From: Candidatus Krumholzibacteriia bacterium
GTDB taxonomy: Bacteria; Krumholzibacteriota; Krumholzibacteriia; WVZY01
Assembly (NCBI GenBank): GCA_046754105.1
Contig: JBHHVD010000052.1
Location: 1-22,223 of the forward strand
Direction of reading: 5' to 3'
DNA: 22,223 bases
Position numbers and translations under genes: made by a program. The stretch's first letter is position 1. Every line of letters begins with the position of its first letter. The notes under the pieces are model-generated. The model ran no database searches, was not told where the DNA came from, and saw only the letters and a list, made by a program, of their open reading frames with translations. This document shows, piece after piece, positions 7,019 to 15,517 of the stretch.

Positions 7019-7480
7019 ATGATCGACCGAGCCGCCGTAGTCAGGCGCAGAAATTGCGTTGACAAGGAGTTTCACAATATCCGCGAGCTGCTCGAGATGT
7101 TGATGTCGGAGATGTCTCCGACGAAACACAAGCTCAAGATGAGGCCCAACCTCGGTTGGGCGCCGCCGACGGACGTTTACGAAACGGAGACGGAGTTCGT
7201 GATCACGATGGATATCGCGGGCATGGACCGCCAGGATATCGACGTGTTCACCGACGGCAAGGTGATCACGATCCGGGGTGTGCGAAACCAGGTCGCTCCG
7301 CAGGGCAAGAAGCAGTTTCACAAGTTGGAAATTCAGGTAGGTCCGTTTCAAAGGCTGATCGCGGTTCCGGTACCGATCGACAGCCAGAGCATATTTACGG
7401 ACTATTCGAACGGACTTCTCGAGGTCCGGCTCAAGAGAAAGTTCGACCGTCCAAAGAAGCGACAGATTAAGGTCGAGTAG
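7019..7480 (+). CDS. Hsp20/alpha-crystallin small heat-shock protein
   Basis: WAPPTDVYETETEFVITMDIAGM...ITIRGVR...GPFQRLI.VP...YSNGLLEVRL, C-terminal IKVE (IxI/V motif). SD GGGGTGA before ATG 7019. Confidence 0.93.
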   Translation: MIDRAAVVRRRNCVDKEFHNIRELLEMLMSEMSPTKHKLKMRPNLGWAPPTDVYETETEFVITMDIAGMDRQDIDVFTDGKVITIRGVRNQVAPQGKKQFHKLEIQVGPFQRLIAVPVPIDSQSIFTDYSNGLLEVRLKRKFDRPKKRQIKVE

Positions 7481-7506
7481 CACGCACGATCCTGGAGGAG
7501 CCGCGC

Positions 7507-9867
7507 TTGGTTACCAAGAAGGAACTCGATTTCGAGGATGAACTCATCCAGTTGGGCACGATTCCAACGGAGCTGGCGATACTGCCGGTAAACGATGCCG
7601 TCGTCTTTCCCTTGATGATGGTACCGCTTCTCTTGAACGATCCCAACCTGTTGAGACTCGCCGACGAGGCGCTTGCCGACCAGAAGATCATCGGGGCGTT
7701 CGCGCAGCGCAATTCGGGTGATGGCAAACCCAGTCCCGAGGACATTTACGAGGTCGGGACGGCCGTTCACATCCAGAAAATGATCCGTTTCCCGAACGGA
7801 GAGATGAGGTTGCTGGGACAGGGCATCGTTCGGATTCGCATAGTGGAAATCACTCAGTTGGAACCCTACATACGGGCGAGGATCGAGATGGTCGACGAGG
7901 TGGAGGAGCCGAGCGATCTTCTCAAGGCGTACATAAAGACGGTCACGAATTCGTTCTCGAAAGTCATCGACGAATCGGAGGGCCTTCCGGAAGAGCTGAA
8001 GATCATCATCGGCAACGTCAAGGAAGGCGGGCGCATCGCGGACGTCATCGCCACCAATATGAACATCGATCTCCAGCGCAAGCAGAAGCTGCTCGAGGAG
8101 GCGGACGTCCTCGATCGGATGAAGATGTTGTCGAACTACCTGAGCGATGAACTGGAAGTGCTGCAACTGGGCAAAAAGCTCCAGTCCGACGTCAGGAAGG
8201 AGATGGACCGGGAGCAGCGGGAGTACTACTTGCGCCAGCAGCTCAAAGCGATCAAGCGGGAACTGGGAGACGAAGACGACCGCAGCATTGAGATCGACGA
8301 GCTGCGGGAGAAGATCGTGGAGGCCAAGCTTTCCGAAGCCGCGCGCGAGGTGGCGGACAAGGAGCTGGATCGGCTGTCCCGTATGTCACCGGGCGCCGCG
8401 GAGTACACGGTTTCAAAAACCTACATCGACTGGATACTGGACGTCCCTTGGGAGACCGCGACGCAGGACAACCTCGACATCGACCTGGCGGAACGGGTCC
8501 TCAACGAAGACCACTACGACCTGGAGCGCGTCAAGGAACGCATCCTCGAGTTTCTCTCGGTCAAAAAACTCAAGAATTCGATGAAGGGATCGATACTCTG
8601 CTTCGTGGGTCCGCCCGGCGTCGGCAAGACTTCGCTTGGCAAGTCCATCGCCCGCGCGATGGACCGCAAGTTTCACCGCATCTCGCTGGGGGGAATGAAG
8701 GATGAAGCCGAGATCCGCGGCCACCGCCGGACGTATATCGGCGCCCTGCCCGGCCGCATCATCCAGGGTCTGCGCACGGCGGGGAGCAACAACCCCGTCT
8801 TCATGCTGGACGAGATCGACAAGCTGGGGAGCGATTTTCGAGGCGATCCCGCCTCGGCGCTGCTCGAGGTTCTCGACCCCGCCCAGAACACCGCCTTCGA
8901 AGATCATTACCTGAACATTCCGGTCGATCTCTCGAGCGTCCTCTTTCTGACGACGGCCAACCTGCTCGACCCGATTCCCCGGCCGCTCCTGGACCGCATG
9001 GAAGTGCTGGAACTGCCGGGTTACATCACCCTCGAGAAGATCCAGATCGCAAAACGCTACCTGTTGCCGCGGCAGTTGGACGAGAACGGGCTCGAGAAGA
9101 GCGCCCTGAAGATACCGGACACGGGTTTGCGTCATATCGCCAGCCATTACACCCGCGAGGCCGGGGTTCGTGAGCTCGAGCGAAAGATCGGCAGTATCTG
9201 TCGCAAGGTGGCGCGGCGCCACGCCTCCGGCAAACGCCGGCCGGTGACCGTCACGGAAAAGAACGTCAAGAAGTACCTGGGTATCCAGGAGTACACGCGG
9301 GAACGAGCGCTCAGCAAGCCGGCCGTCGGCGTGGCGACCGGCCTGGCGAAGACGTTTTCCGGTGGTGAGATCCTCTTCGTCGAGGGCTTGTGCATGGCGG
9401 GGCAGGGGCGTATGAAGCTCACCGGGCAGCTCGGCGACGTGATGAAGGAAAGCGCCGAGGCGGCCGTTAGCTTCATACGGGCCAACTACCTCAAAAAGGC
9501 GAAAAGCCCGGCCTTCTTCGACGCCAACGACATCCACCTGCACGTTCCCGCGGGAGCGGTCCCCAAGGACGGCCCCAGCGCCGGCGTGGCGATGGCGGTC
9601 ACGGTGGCGTCCCTGCTGTTCCAGAAGCCGCTCCGCCACGATCACGCGATGACCGGTGAGATCACGCTGACCGGTAAGGTTCTGGCCATCGGCGGCCTCA
9701 AGGACAAGGTGATCGCCGCCCACCGGGCGGGGATCAAGACGATCGTCTTCCCCAAGGCCAACGCCGGGGAACTGGACGAAATCCCCGAGACCATCAAGAA
9801 AGACCTCGAATTCAAACCGGTTTCCAGAGCCGAGGAAGCCGTCGAGAAAATGCTCATATGGACGTGA
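7507..9867 (+). CDS. lon: ATP-dependent Lon protease (LonA)
   Basis: TTG start after SD GGAGGAG. Lon N-domain, Walker A GPPGVGKTS, RGHRRTYIGALPG, Walker B LDEIDK, catalytic PKDGPSAG Ser and GGLKDK Lys. Confidence 0.98.
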   Translation: MVTKKELDFEDELIQLGTIPTELAILPVNDAVVFPLMMVPLLLNDPNLLRLADEALADQKIIGAFAQRNSGDGKPSPEDIYEVGTAVHIQKMIRFPNGEMRLLGQGIVRIRIVEITQLEPYIRARIEMVDEVEEPSDLLKAYIKTVTNSFSKVIDESEGLPEELKIIIGNVKEGGRIADVIATNMNIDLQRKQKLLEEADVLDRMKMLSNYLSDELEVLQLGKKLQSDVRKEMDREQREYYLRQQLKAIKRELGDEDDRSIEIDELREKIVEAKLSEAAREVADKELDRLSRMSPGAAEYTVSKTYIDWILDVPWETATQDNLDIDLAERVLNEDHYDLERVKERILEFLSVKKLKNSMKGSILCFVGPPGVGKTSLGKSIARAMDRKFHRISLGGMKDEAEIRGHRRTYIGALPGRIIQGLRTAGSNNPVFMLDEIDKLGSDFRGDPASALLEVLDPAQNTAFEDHYLNIPVDLSSVLFLTTANLLDPIPRPLLDRMEVLELPGYITLEKIQIAKRYLLPRQLDENGLEKSALKIPDTGLRHIASHYTREAGVRELERKIGSICRKVARRHASGKRRPVTVTEKNVKKYLGIQEYTRERALSKPAVGVATGLAKTFSGGEILFVEGLCMAGQGRMKLTGQLGDVMKESAEAAVSFIRANYLKKAKSPAFFDANDIHLHVPAGAVPKDGPSAGVAMAVTVASLLFQKPLRHDHAMTGEITLTGKVLAIGGLKDKVIAAHRAGIKTIVFPKANAGELDEIPETIKKDLEFKPVSRAEEAVEKMLIWT

Positions 9868-9885
9868 TTGGCCCTCAACTTGCAT
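9868..9885 (+). promoter_or_regulatory. sigma54-like -24/-12 promoter upstream of the LPS operon
   Basis: TTGGCCCTCAACTTGCAT: GG(9870-71)-N10-GC(9882-83), TGGC...TTGCA match, immediately after the lon stop. Confidence 0.55.
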
Positions 9886-9922
9886 CATCGCCCATCAACG
9901 TAAGCCGCGGAGTGACATAAAG

Positions 9923-11017
9923 ATGGGCGCAACTTCGATTTCTCCCAAACACGATATGGTTCTGGGTCTGCTGACCCCTCTGCTCGGCCGTATGGTCAAT
10001 ACCGAGGGCTTCTGCGTGCCGCGGGATATCGGCAACGATTCACGCGTGCTCGTCATCGATTCCGGGGACCTCACCGAGATACTCTTCTTTGCGCCCGTTC
10101 TGAAGTTCCTCAAGCAGAGATACCCGGGAATGCGGGTCACCTTTCTGGTCCGCGAGGGCAACAGCGAGCTCGTGCGAACGATGCCGCAGATCAGCGAGAT
10201 GATTACCTACGAACCGGCGCACCTCACCCTGTCGTCGACCACCTATCTCACGCTGGCCAAAAGGGTGCGGCATCGTGATTTCAACGTGGCGTTTCTGCTC
10301 GGATCGGAGTTCAACCTGGCCCGTTCGGTGCTGACGCTGGCCACGCGCGCGCCGATACGGATTGGTTTCTCGGGCGATCGCAGCTTTCCCTTCGTCAACT
10401 GCGAGGTGCGGTTGTCGCGGGAAACGACCTACGAAGCAACCAAAGTACGCTCCTTTCTGACCGTCCTCGGTATTCACGGACTCGAGAGCCTGCCCGGCTG
10501 GGCGCTTCCCGATACCGACCTGCGGTGGGCCCGGCAGCTGGTCCACTTTCACAAGCCGGAGAAAAATACCCGTCTGGTCGCGATCGACCCCGGTATGGGC
10601 AAGGGCCGGCACCGTCTGGTCGACCAATCGTTCGCATACCTGGTCAACGACCTCGCCGCCCGCATGCAGTGCAAGATCCTGCTTATGTCGAACAACCTCG
10701 ACGAAAAGCGGATCGCGAGCTTTCGCTCGCGACTCCAGGGCGACCTGCTCGGACTCGAACCCAAGAACGTCAAAGAGGGGCTGGCACTGCTGTCCTGTGC
10801 CGATCTGTTTCTGTCGGGCAATACGGATTTCTTCCATTTCGCCGTCGATATGCGTGTCCCGAGCGTCGGTCTGTTTACGCACCACGATTCCGCCAACTGG
10901 TTCCCGAAGGGGACGCCGTGGGTCCAGATACTGCAAGGTGTTAAGGGACAACGGGTTTCCCTGGAAGAATTCAACTCAAAAATCGATACCCTCCTTCACC
11001 TTACCCGTGTAGACTAG
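9923..11017 (+). CDS. GT9 (heptosyltransferase-like) family protein, divergent active site
   Basis: SD GGAGTGA. GT9 architecture (RVLVI...PVLKFLKQRYP...VTFLV, APIRIGF, VAIDPG, ADLFLSGNT...VPSVGLF) but the canonical motifs are altered. Confidence 0.82.
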   Translation: MGATSISPKHDMVLGLLTPLLGRMVNTEGFCVPRDIGNDSRVLVIDSGDLTEILFFAPVLKFLKQRYPGMRVTFLVREGNSELVRTMPQISEMITYEPAHLTLSSTTYLTLAKRVRHRDFNVAFLLGSEFNLARSVLTLATRAPIRIGFSGDRSFPFVNCEVRLSRETTYEATKVRSFLTVLGIHGLESLPGWALPDTDLRWARQLVHFHKPEKNTRLVAIDPGMGKGRHRLVDQSFAYLVNDLAARMQCKILLMSNNLDEKRIASFRSRLQGDLLGLEPKNVKEGLALLSCADLFLSGNTDFFHFAVDMRVPSVGLFTHHDSANWFPKGTPWVQILQGVKGQRVSLEEFNSKIDTLLHLTRVD

Positions 11018-11047
11018 AGATTCCACTCGCAACGTGGGGCTTTTATT

Positions 11048-12901
11048 ATGCGAACTTACGCGCGATTGCTGGAATACGTGCTGCCGTACTGGCGCAAAGT
11101 CGTGCTGCTCTTCATCACCGTGACCCTTTTCGCGTCGTTGAGCGGCGTGTCGCTGACCCTGATCCACCCGTTTCTGAGGATCATCATTTACGACCACGAA
11201 CCGGTGGCGGCGTCCGTCGAGCGTGGACCGGAAGGCGTACAGGGCATACCGCTGCCCGCCGCCGTGGACGCCGTGCGGTCGAAGGCCCAGAGCTGGTTCG
11301 AAGCGCGGATGTACGCCGGCGGCGAGGCGAGCCGTCTGGCGCGTTTCTGCGTCGTGCTGCTGTTGCTCTTCCTGGTCAAAAGCGTTTTTGCGTACCTGCA
11401 GACGTACCTGACCGTATACCTCGAGCAGAAGGTGCTGTACCGTATTCGCAACGTCGTCTTTTCGCACCTTCAGAACCTGCCGTTATCTTTCTTTGAGAGA
11501 GAAAAAACCGGGCACATTATTTCACGCATAACGAACGACGTCAGTACGCTGCGGGGAGCGGTCGTGGGTGCGGCGGCGAGTCTGGTCCGCAACGGTTTGA
11601 TGACGCTGATCGCACTCGTTGTGGTGCTCGCCATCAGTTGGAAATTGTCGCTGCTGACGTTCGTCGTGATTCCACTGAACATGATGCTGATCGGCCTCAT
11701 CGGCGACAAGCTCAAGAAGCGCAGTTATCGGACCCAGGCGGGAATGGCGGATCTGACGGCGCTGCTCGAAGAGAACGTTTCAGGAATGCGTGTCGTCAAA
11801 GCGTTCAACATGGGCGCGTACGAGCGGCAACGCTTCGGAAAAATCAATCTTACCTACATGCGCCAATTCCTGAAGATGAAGCTGTGGGGTGCCGTGTCGT
11901 CACCTACGTCGGAGCTGCTAGGGACCTTGTCGATCGTCGTCATTCTCTGGTACGGCGGGACGCAGGTAATCGGGGGCGTAATCAGTCCCGAGAACCTGGT
12001 GCTGTTCGTCGGCGCGATGATATGGGTCGTTACGCCGGTGAAGAATATCAGCAAACTGAATAATGTCGTGCAGGAGAGCATCGCGTGCGCCGACCGCGTT
12101 TTTGCGGTGCTGGATATTCCCCAGGAACCGCTCGGCCGGGGAAGGGGCGGACCGGCGGCCACGTTCGAGAGCGGGATCCGCTTCGAGGGCGTGGGTTTCG
12201 AGTATATTCCGGGGAGAAGGGTGCTGCACGGCATCGATCTCTCGGTGTCGCCAGGGGAGGTGATCGCGCTGGTCGGCCCGAGCGGTGCCGGCAAGACGAC
12301 GCTGGTGGATCTGGTGCCTCGCTTCTACGACGTCACCGAGGGCCGGATTCTCTTCGACGGCGTCGATGTTCGCGACGTGGACCTGTCGTCGCTCAGGGGC
12401 CTGATGGGAATGGTTACGCAGGAGATCATCCTCTTCAACGACACGGTACGGAACAACATCGCCTACGGCATGCCGGAATGCCCGCTGGACGACATCGTTC
12501 GCGCCGCGAAAGCGGCGAACGCCGACGGCTTCATAAGGCAGCTTGCCAGCGGCTACGAGACGATCATCGGCGAACGGGGCACGCAGCTCTCAGGGGGGCA
12601 GCGGCAGCGAATATCGATCGCGCGCGCCATCCTCAAAGACCCCAGTATCCTCATCTTCGACGAGGCCACGAGCGCGCTGGACACGGAGAGCGAGATTCTC
12701 GTCCAGGAGGCGATCGACCGCCTGCTCGAGGGCCGGACGACGTTCGTCATCGCCCACCGGCTGTCCACGATTCAAAACGCGGACAAGATCCTGGTACTGG
12801 AGGAGGGCGTCGTGCGCGAATTCGGAACACACAGCGAGTTGATCGATTCGGGCGGCGCCTACAAGAAACTCTACGACCTGCAGTTCGGTCTCGTTTCGTG
12901 A
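11048..12901 (+). CDS. msbA: MsbA-like lipid A-core ABC exporter (fused TMD-NBD)
   Basis: ABC TMD (TGHIISRITNDV, SGMRVVKAF), Walker A GPSGAGKTT, LSGGQRQR, FDEATSALD, IAHRLSTI. Located in an LPS operon. Confidence 0.85.
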   Translation: MRTYARLLEYVLPYWRKVVLLFITVTLFASLSGVSLTLIHPFLRIIIYDHEPVAASVERGPEGVQGIPLPAAVDAVRSKAQSWFEARMYAGGEASRLARFCVVLLLLFLVKSVFAYLQTYLTVYLEQKVLYRIRNVVFSHLQNLPLSFFEREKTGHIISRITNDVSTLRGAVVGAAASLVRNGLMTLIALVVVLAISWKLSLLTFVVIPLNMMLIGLIGDKLKKRSYRTQAGMADLTALLEENVSGMRVVKAFNMGAYERQRFGKINLTYMRQFLKMKLWGAVSSPTSELLGTLSIVVILWYGGTQVIGGVISPENLVLFVGAMIWVVTPVKNISKLNNVVQESIACADRVFAVLDIPQEPLGRGRGGPAATFESGIRFEGVGFEYIPGRRVLHGIDLSVSPGEVIALVGPSGAGKTTLVDLVPRFYDVTEGRILFDGVDVRDVDLSSLRGLMGMVTQEIILFNDTVRNNIAYGMPECPLDDIVRAAKAANADGFIRQLASGYETIIGERGTQLSGGQRQRISIARAILKDPSILIFDEATSALDTESEILVQEAIDRLLEGRTTFVIAHRLSTIQNADKILVLEEGVVREFGTHSELIDSGGAYKKLYDLQFGLVS

Positions 12902-13977
12902 TCGATTCGATGAAACCTCGCGAGCGCAGCATTCTCCTCGTCGCGTCCAACTGGCTCGGAGACGCCGTGATGAGCCTGCCGCTGCTCGGATACCTCGCCG
13001 GCATGCGGGACGCGCGGGTCACCGTCCTCGCGCAGGGCTACACTGCCCGGGTATTCTGGGGGCTCGGCCAGGTCGGTGAACTGGTCGTCATGTCCAAGGA
13101 CGGCTTCACGCGCCGACTATGGCGCCGAAGCCGGGCGCTGCGCGCGCTGGCTTTTGACGGCGCGCTGCTGCTTCCGCCGTCGTTTTCCTCGGCATTGAGC
13201 GTTTTTCTGGGCGGCGTGCCGAATCGCGTGGGCTTCGCCGGGGACGGACGTGGCGTGCTTCTCAACGAAGCGCTGGCGGGGGGCGGGCTGCGCGACGAAC
13301 ACCTGTCGGAGAACTACCTGCGTCTGGGGCGGGCGCTTGCCGAACGGTTGCGTCTCGGGGGCGCGGGCGAGTTTGCGGTGCCCTCCATCGAGGTGTTCGC
13401 GAACGAACGCGACTCCGCGCGGAACACCCTGGCGTCCTGCGGGGCGCCGCCGGGTGACTACGCCGTCGTGGTTCCCGGCGAGACATACGGCGAGACCAAG
13501 TCGTGGCCGGTGGAGAAATACCGGGCCCTCGCCGGTCGGCTGTCCGGCGAAATGCCCGTTGTTCTCGGGGGCGCGCGCGGCGAGCGCGGGTTGTGTGAGG
13601 CCGTTGCGGACGGGCTCAAAGGTGTCTATAATCTGGCGGGTTTGACGGGGCTTGGAGACTTTTTTGCCCTGCTCGCCGGGGCAAGAGTGCTGGTCGCCAA
13701 CGACAGCGGCGCGCCGCACGCGGCGGCCTCGATCGGTACGCCGGTCGTCGTGATCTTCGGGTCCACGTCGCCGGTCTGGACGAGGCCGCTGGGGGAAACG
13801 GTGCTGGTGATACGGGAGCCGGTACCTTGTTCGCCCTGTTTTCGCAAGTCGTGCCCGACGCAGTTGGAATGCTACCAGGGCATCTCTATGGATACCGTGT
13901 TCGATGCCGCGCTGTCCGCCGCCGGAGGCGCCGGGGAAGTGCCGCGGGCATCCGCCACCCATAACGAAGCTGGATAG
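12898..13977 (+). CDS. waaF: LPS heptosyltransferase II (WaaF/RfaF-like, GT9)
   Basis: GTG overlapping the msbA stop (alternative ATG 12910). SNWLGDAVMSLP, LLPPSFSSAL, PGETYGETKSWP, ANDSGAPH, FGSTSP, CSPCFRKSCP. Confidence 0.85.
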   Translation: MIDSMKPRERSILLVASNWLGDAVMSLPLLGYLAGMRDARVTVLAQGYTARVFWGLGQVGELVVMSKDGFTRRLWRRSRALRALAFDGALLLPPSFSSALSVFLGGVPNRVGFAGDGRGVLLNEALAGGGLRDEHLSENYLRLGRALAERLRLGGAGEFAVPSIEVFANERDSARNTLASCGAPPGDYAVVVPGETYGETKSWPVEKYRALAGRLSGEMPVVLGGARGERGLCEAVADGLKGVYNLAGLTGLGDFFALLAGARVLVANDSGAPHAAASIGTPVVVIFGSTSPVWTRPLGETVLVIREPVPCSPCFRKSCPTQLECYQGISMDTVFDAALSAAGGAGEVPRASATHNEAG

Positions 13978-13988
13978 GGGACTCGCGT

Positions 13989-15014
13989 ATGAAAGACGAT
14001 CGCTTCCACGAGTTGGTAACGGATTTTCGTTCGAAGAGGATCGCCGTCATTGGTGATTTTATCCTCGACGAGTACCTGATCGGCGACACCCGGCGCGTCT
14101 CTCGCGAGGCACCGGTGATCGTGATCGATTACCGCGAGAGCGTCTATCATCCCGGGGGCGCCGCCAATGCAGCGCAGAACGTAACGGCATTGGGAGCGGG
14201 TGCGCGGGTGTTCGGAATCGTCGGCGACGATCGTTACGGAGAAACCCTCGCCGGAATCCTCGCCGCCAGGGCGGTCAACGTCTCCGGGCTCGTGAAGGAG
14301 GCGTCGGTGGCCACCGCGGTCAAGACGCGCATCCTCGCCGGCGAGCTGCACGCCCAGAAGCAACAGATCGCACGGATCGACCGTTCCTGCACGGTGCCCG
14401 CCGATGCTTCCGCGCGCGCGGGGCTGGGCGAACTGGTCTCGAGCATGGCGGAGGAGAGCGACGCCGTGTTGTTTTCGGACTACGGCATGGGGTTGGTCCC
14501 CGGACCGCTCAGCGAAGCCGTTATCGGAACGTGCCGCGCGCGCTCGATCCCCATCGTGGTCGACAGTCGCTTCAACCTGCTGCGGTTCCACGGCGCGACG
14601 GTGGCGACCCCCAACGAGGTCGAACTCTACGAAGCCCTGCAAATCAAGGAGCACGAGCGGTCGAACCTGGACGGACTCGCCGCGCGCGTCCTGTCGGAAC
14701 AGGACCTGGACGGCATGGTCGTGACGCGGGGCAGCAAGGGCATGCGGGTGTTCGCCGGTGATGCGGGCGGCGAGTCCGTCGGCATCGTCGGCAGCCGCGA
14801 CGTGACCGACGTCACGGGGGCGGGGGACACGGTGGCGGCGGCGCTCGTACTCGCGCTCTCCTCGGGGGCGAACCTGGCGGAAGCGGCCGAGATTGCCACG
14901 TACGCGGCGGCGGTCGTGGTCATGAAACGCGGCACTGCAACCGTGACACACGACGAGCTCGGCGCGATTCGCAAGAAACACCCCAGTCCACGCGACGACG
15001 GAGCGTTCGCATGA
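13989..15014 (+). CDS. hldA: D-glycero-beta-D-manno-heptose-7-phosphate kinase (RfaE domain I / HldA)
   Basis: VIGDFILDEYLIGDTRRVSREAPV, PGGAANAA, KTRILA, SDYG, TPNEVE, VTRGSKGM, DVTGAGDTV (PfkB motif). Confidence 0.9.
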   Translation: MKDDRFHELVTDFRSKRIAVIGDFILDEYLIGDTRRVSREAPVIVIDYRESVYHPGGAANAAQNVTALGAGARVFGIVGDDRYGETLAGILAARAVNVSGLVKEASVATAVKTRILAGELHAQKQQIARIDRSCTVPADASARAGLGELVSSMAEESDAVLFSDYGMGLVPGPLSEAVIGTCRARSIPIVVDSRFNLLRFHGATVATPNEVELYEALQIKEHERSNLDGLAARVLSEQDLDGMVVTRGSKGMRVFAGDAGGESVGIVGSRDVTDVTGAGDTVAAALVLALSSGANLAEAAEIATYAAAVVVMKRGTATVTHDELGAIRKKHPSPRDDGAFA

Positions 15015-15517
15015 GCCGCCAGGGCGCACCGGTCTTTCGCAGCGCCGTCCGGCTCCACCGCCACATCGAGGATACCGTCGGTGGCGCGGTCGTCCTGGCC
15101 AACGGGTGTTTCGATCCCCTGCACGTCGGGCACGTCCGCTACTTGTACGGCGCCCGCGAGTACGGCGACTTCCTGGTGGTGGCGGTCAACGACGACAAGA
15201 GCACACGGGCCCTGAAGGGTGCAAGGAGACCGATCATGCCGGCGGCCGATCGCGCGCACCTCGTGGCGCAGCTGGAGATGGTCGACGCGGTGTTGGTGTT
15301 TTCGGCCTCCGACGTGAGGCGAATCCTCGACAAGCTCAGGCCGCGCTACCACGCCAAGGGCACGGACTATACGGCGGACACCGTGCCGGAGCGCGGTACC
15401 TCGCGGAAACTGGGTATCGAGACGGTGATCGTCGGCGACCCGAAGTCGCACGCCTCTCGCGATATCGTCCGCAAGATCAAGGGCGCCGCGGCCGGAAACG
15501 GGGTGGGCGGTGTATGA
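15011..15517 (+). CDS. hldC: D-glycero-beta-D-manno-heptose-1-phosphate adenylyltransferase (RfaE domain II / HldC)
   Basis: ANGCFDPLHVGHVRYL (HxGH), LVVAVNDDKS..LKG..RP, AKGTDY. ATGA overlap with hldA. Confidence 0.9.
   Translation: MSRQGAPVFRSAVRLHRHIEDTVGGAVVLANGCFDPLHVGHVRYLYGAREYGDFLVVAVNDDKSTRALKGARRPIMPAADRAHLVAQLEMVDAVLVFSASDVRRILDKLRPRYHAKGTDYTADTVPERGTSRKLGIETVIVGDPKSHASRDIVRKIKGAAAGNGVGGV

Noticed and set aside
8413..9888. 491-aa antisense ORF and other long shadow ORFs (17-1060, 4143-5375, 4426-5322, 7402-8166, 10040-10951, 15367-16611, 16506-17513, 20648-21535, 21591-22220)
   Set aside because: They overlap well-supported genes, have no recognisable motifs, and are expected from stop-codon scarcity in GC-rich, codon-biased DNA.
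12085..12897. N-terminal extension of the 630-aa ORF (also the extensions of ORFs 942, 6191, 15106, 16323, 17540, 20342) suggesting fusions or frameshifting
   Set aside because: The extensions are Arg/Gly/Pro-rich off-frame readings of the upstream gene or intergenic DNA. The true starts are marked by stop/start overlaps or SDs.
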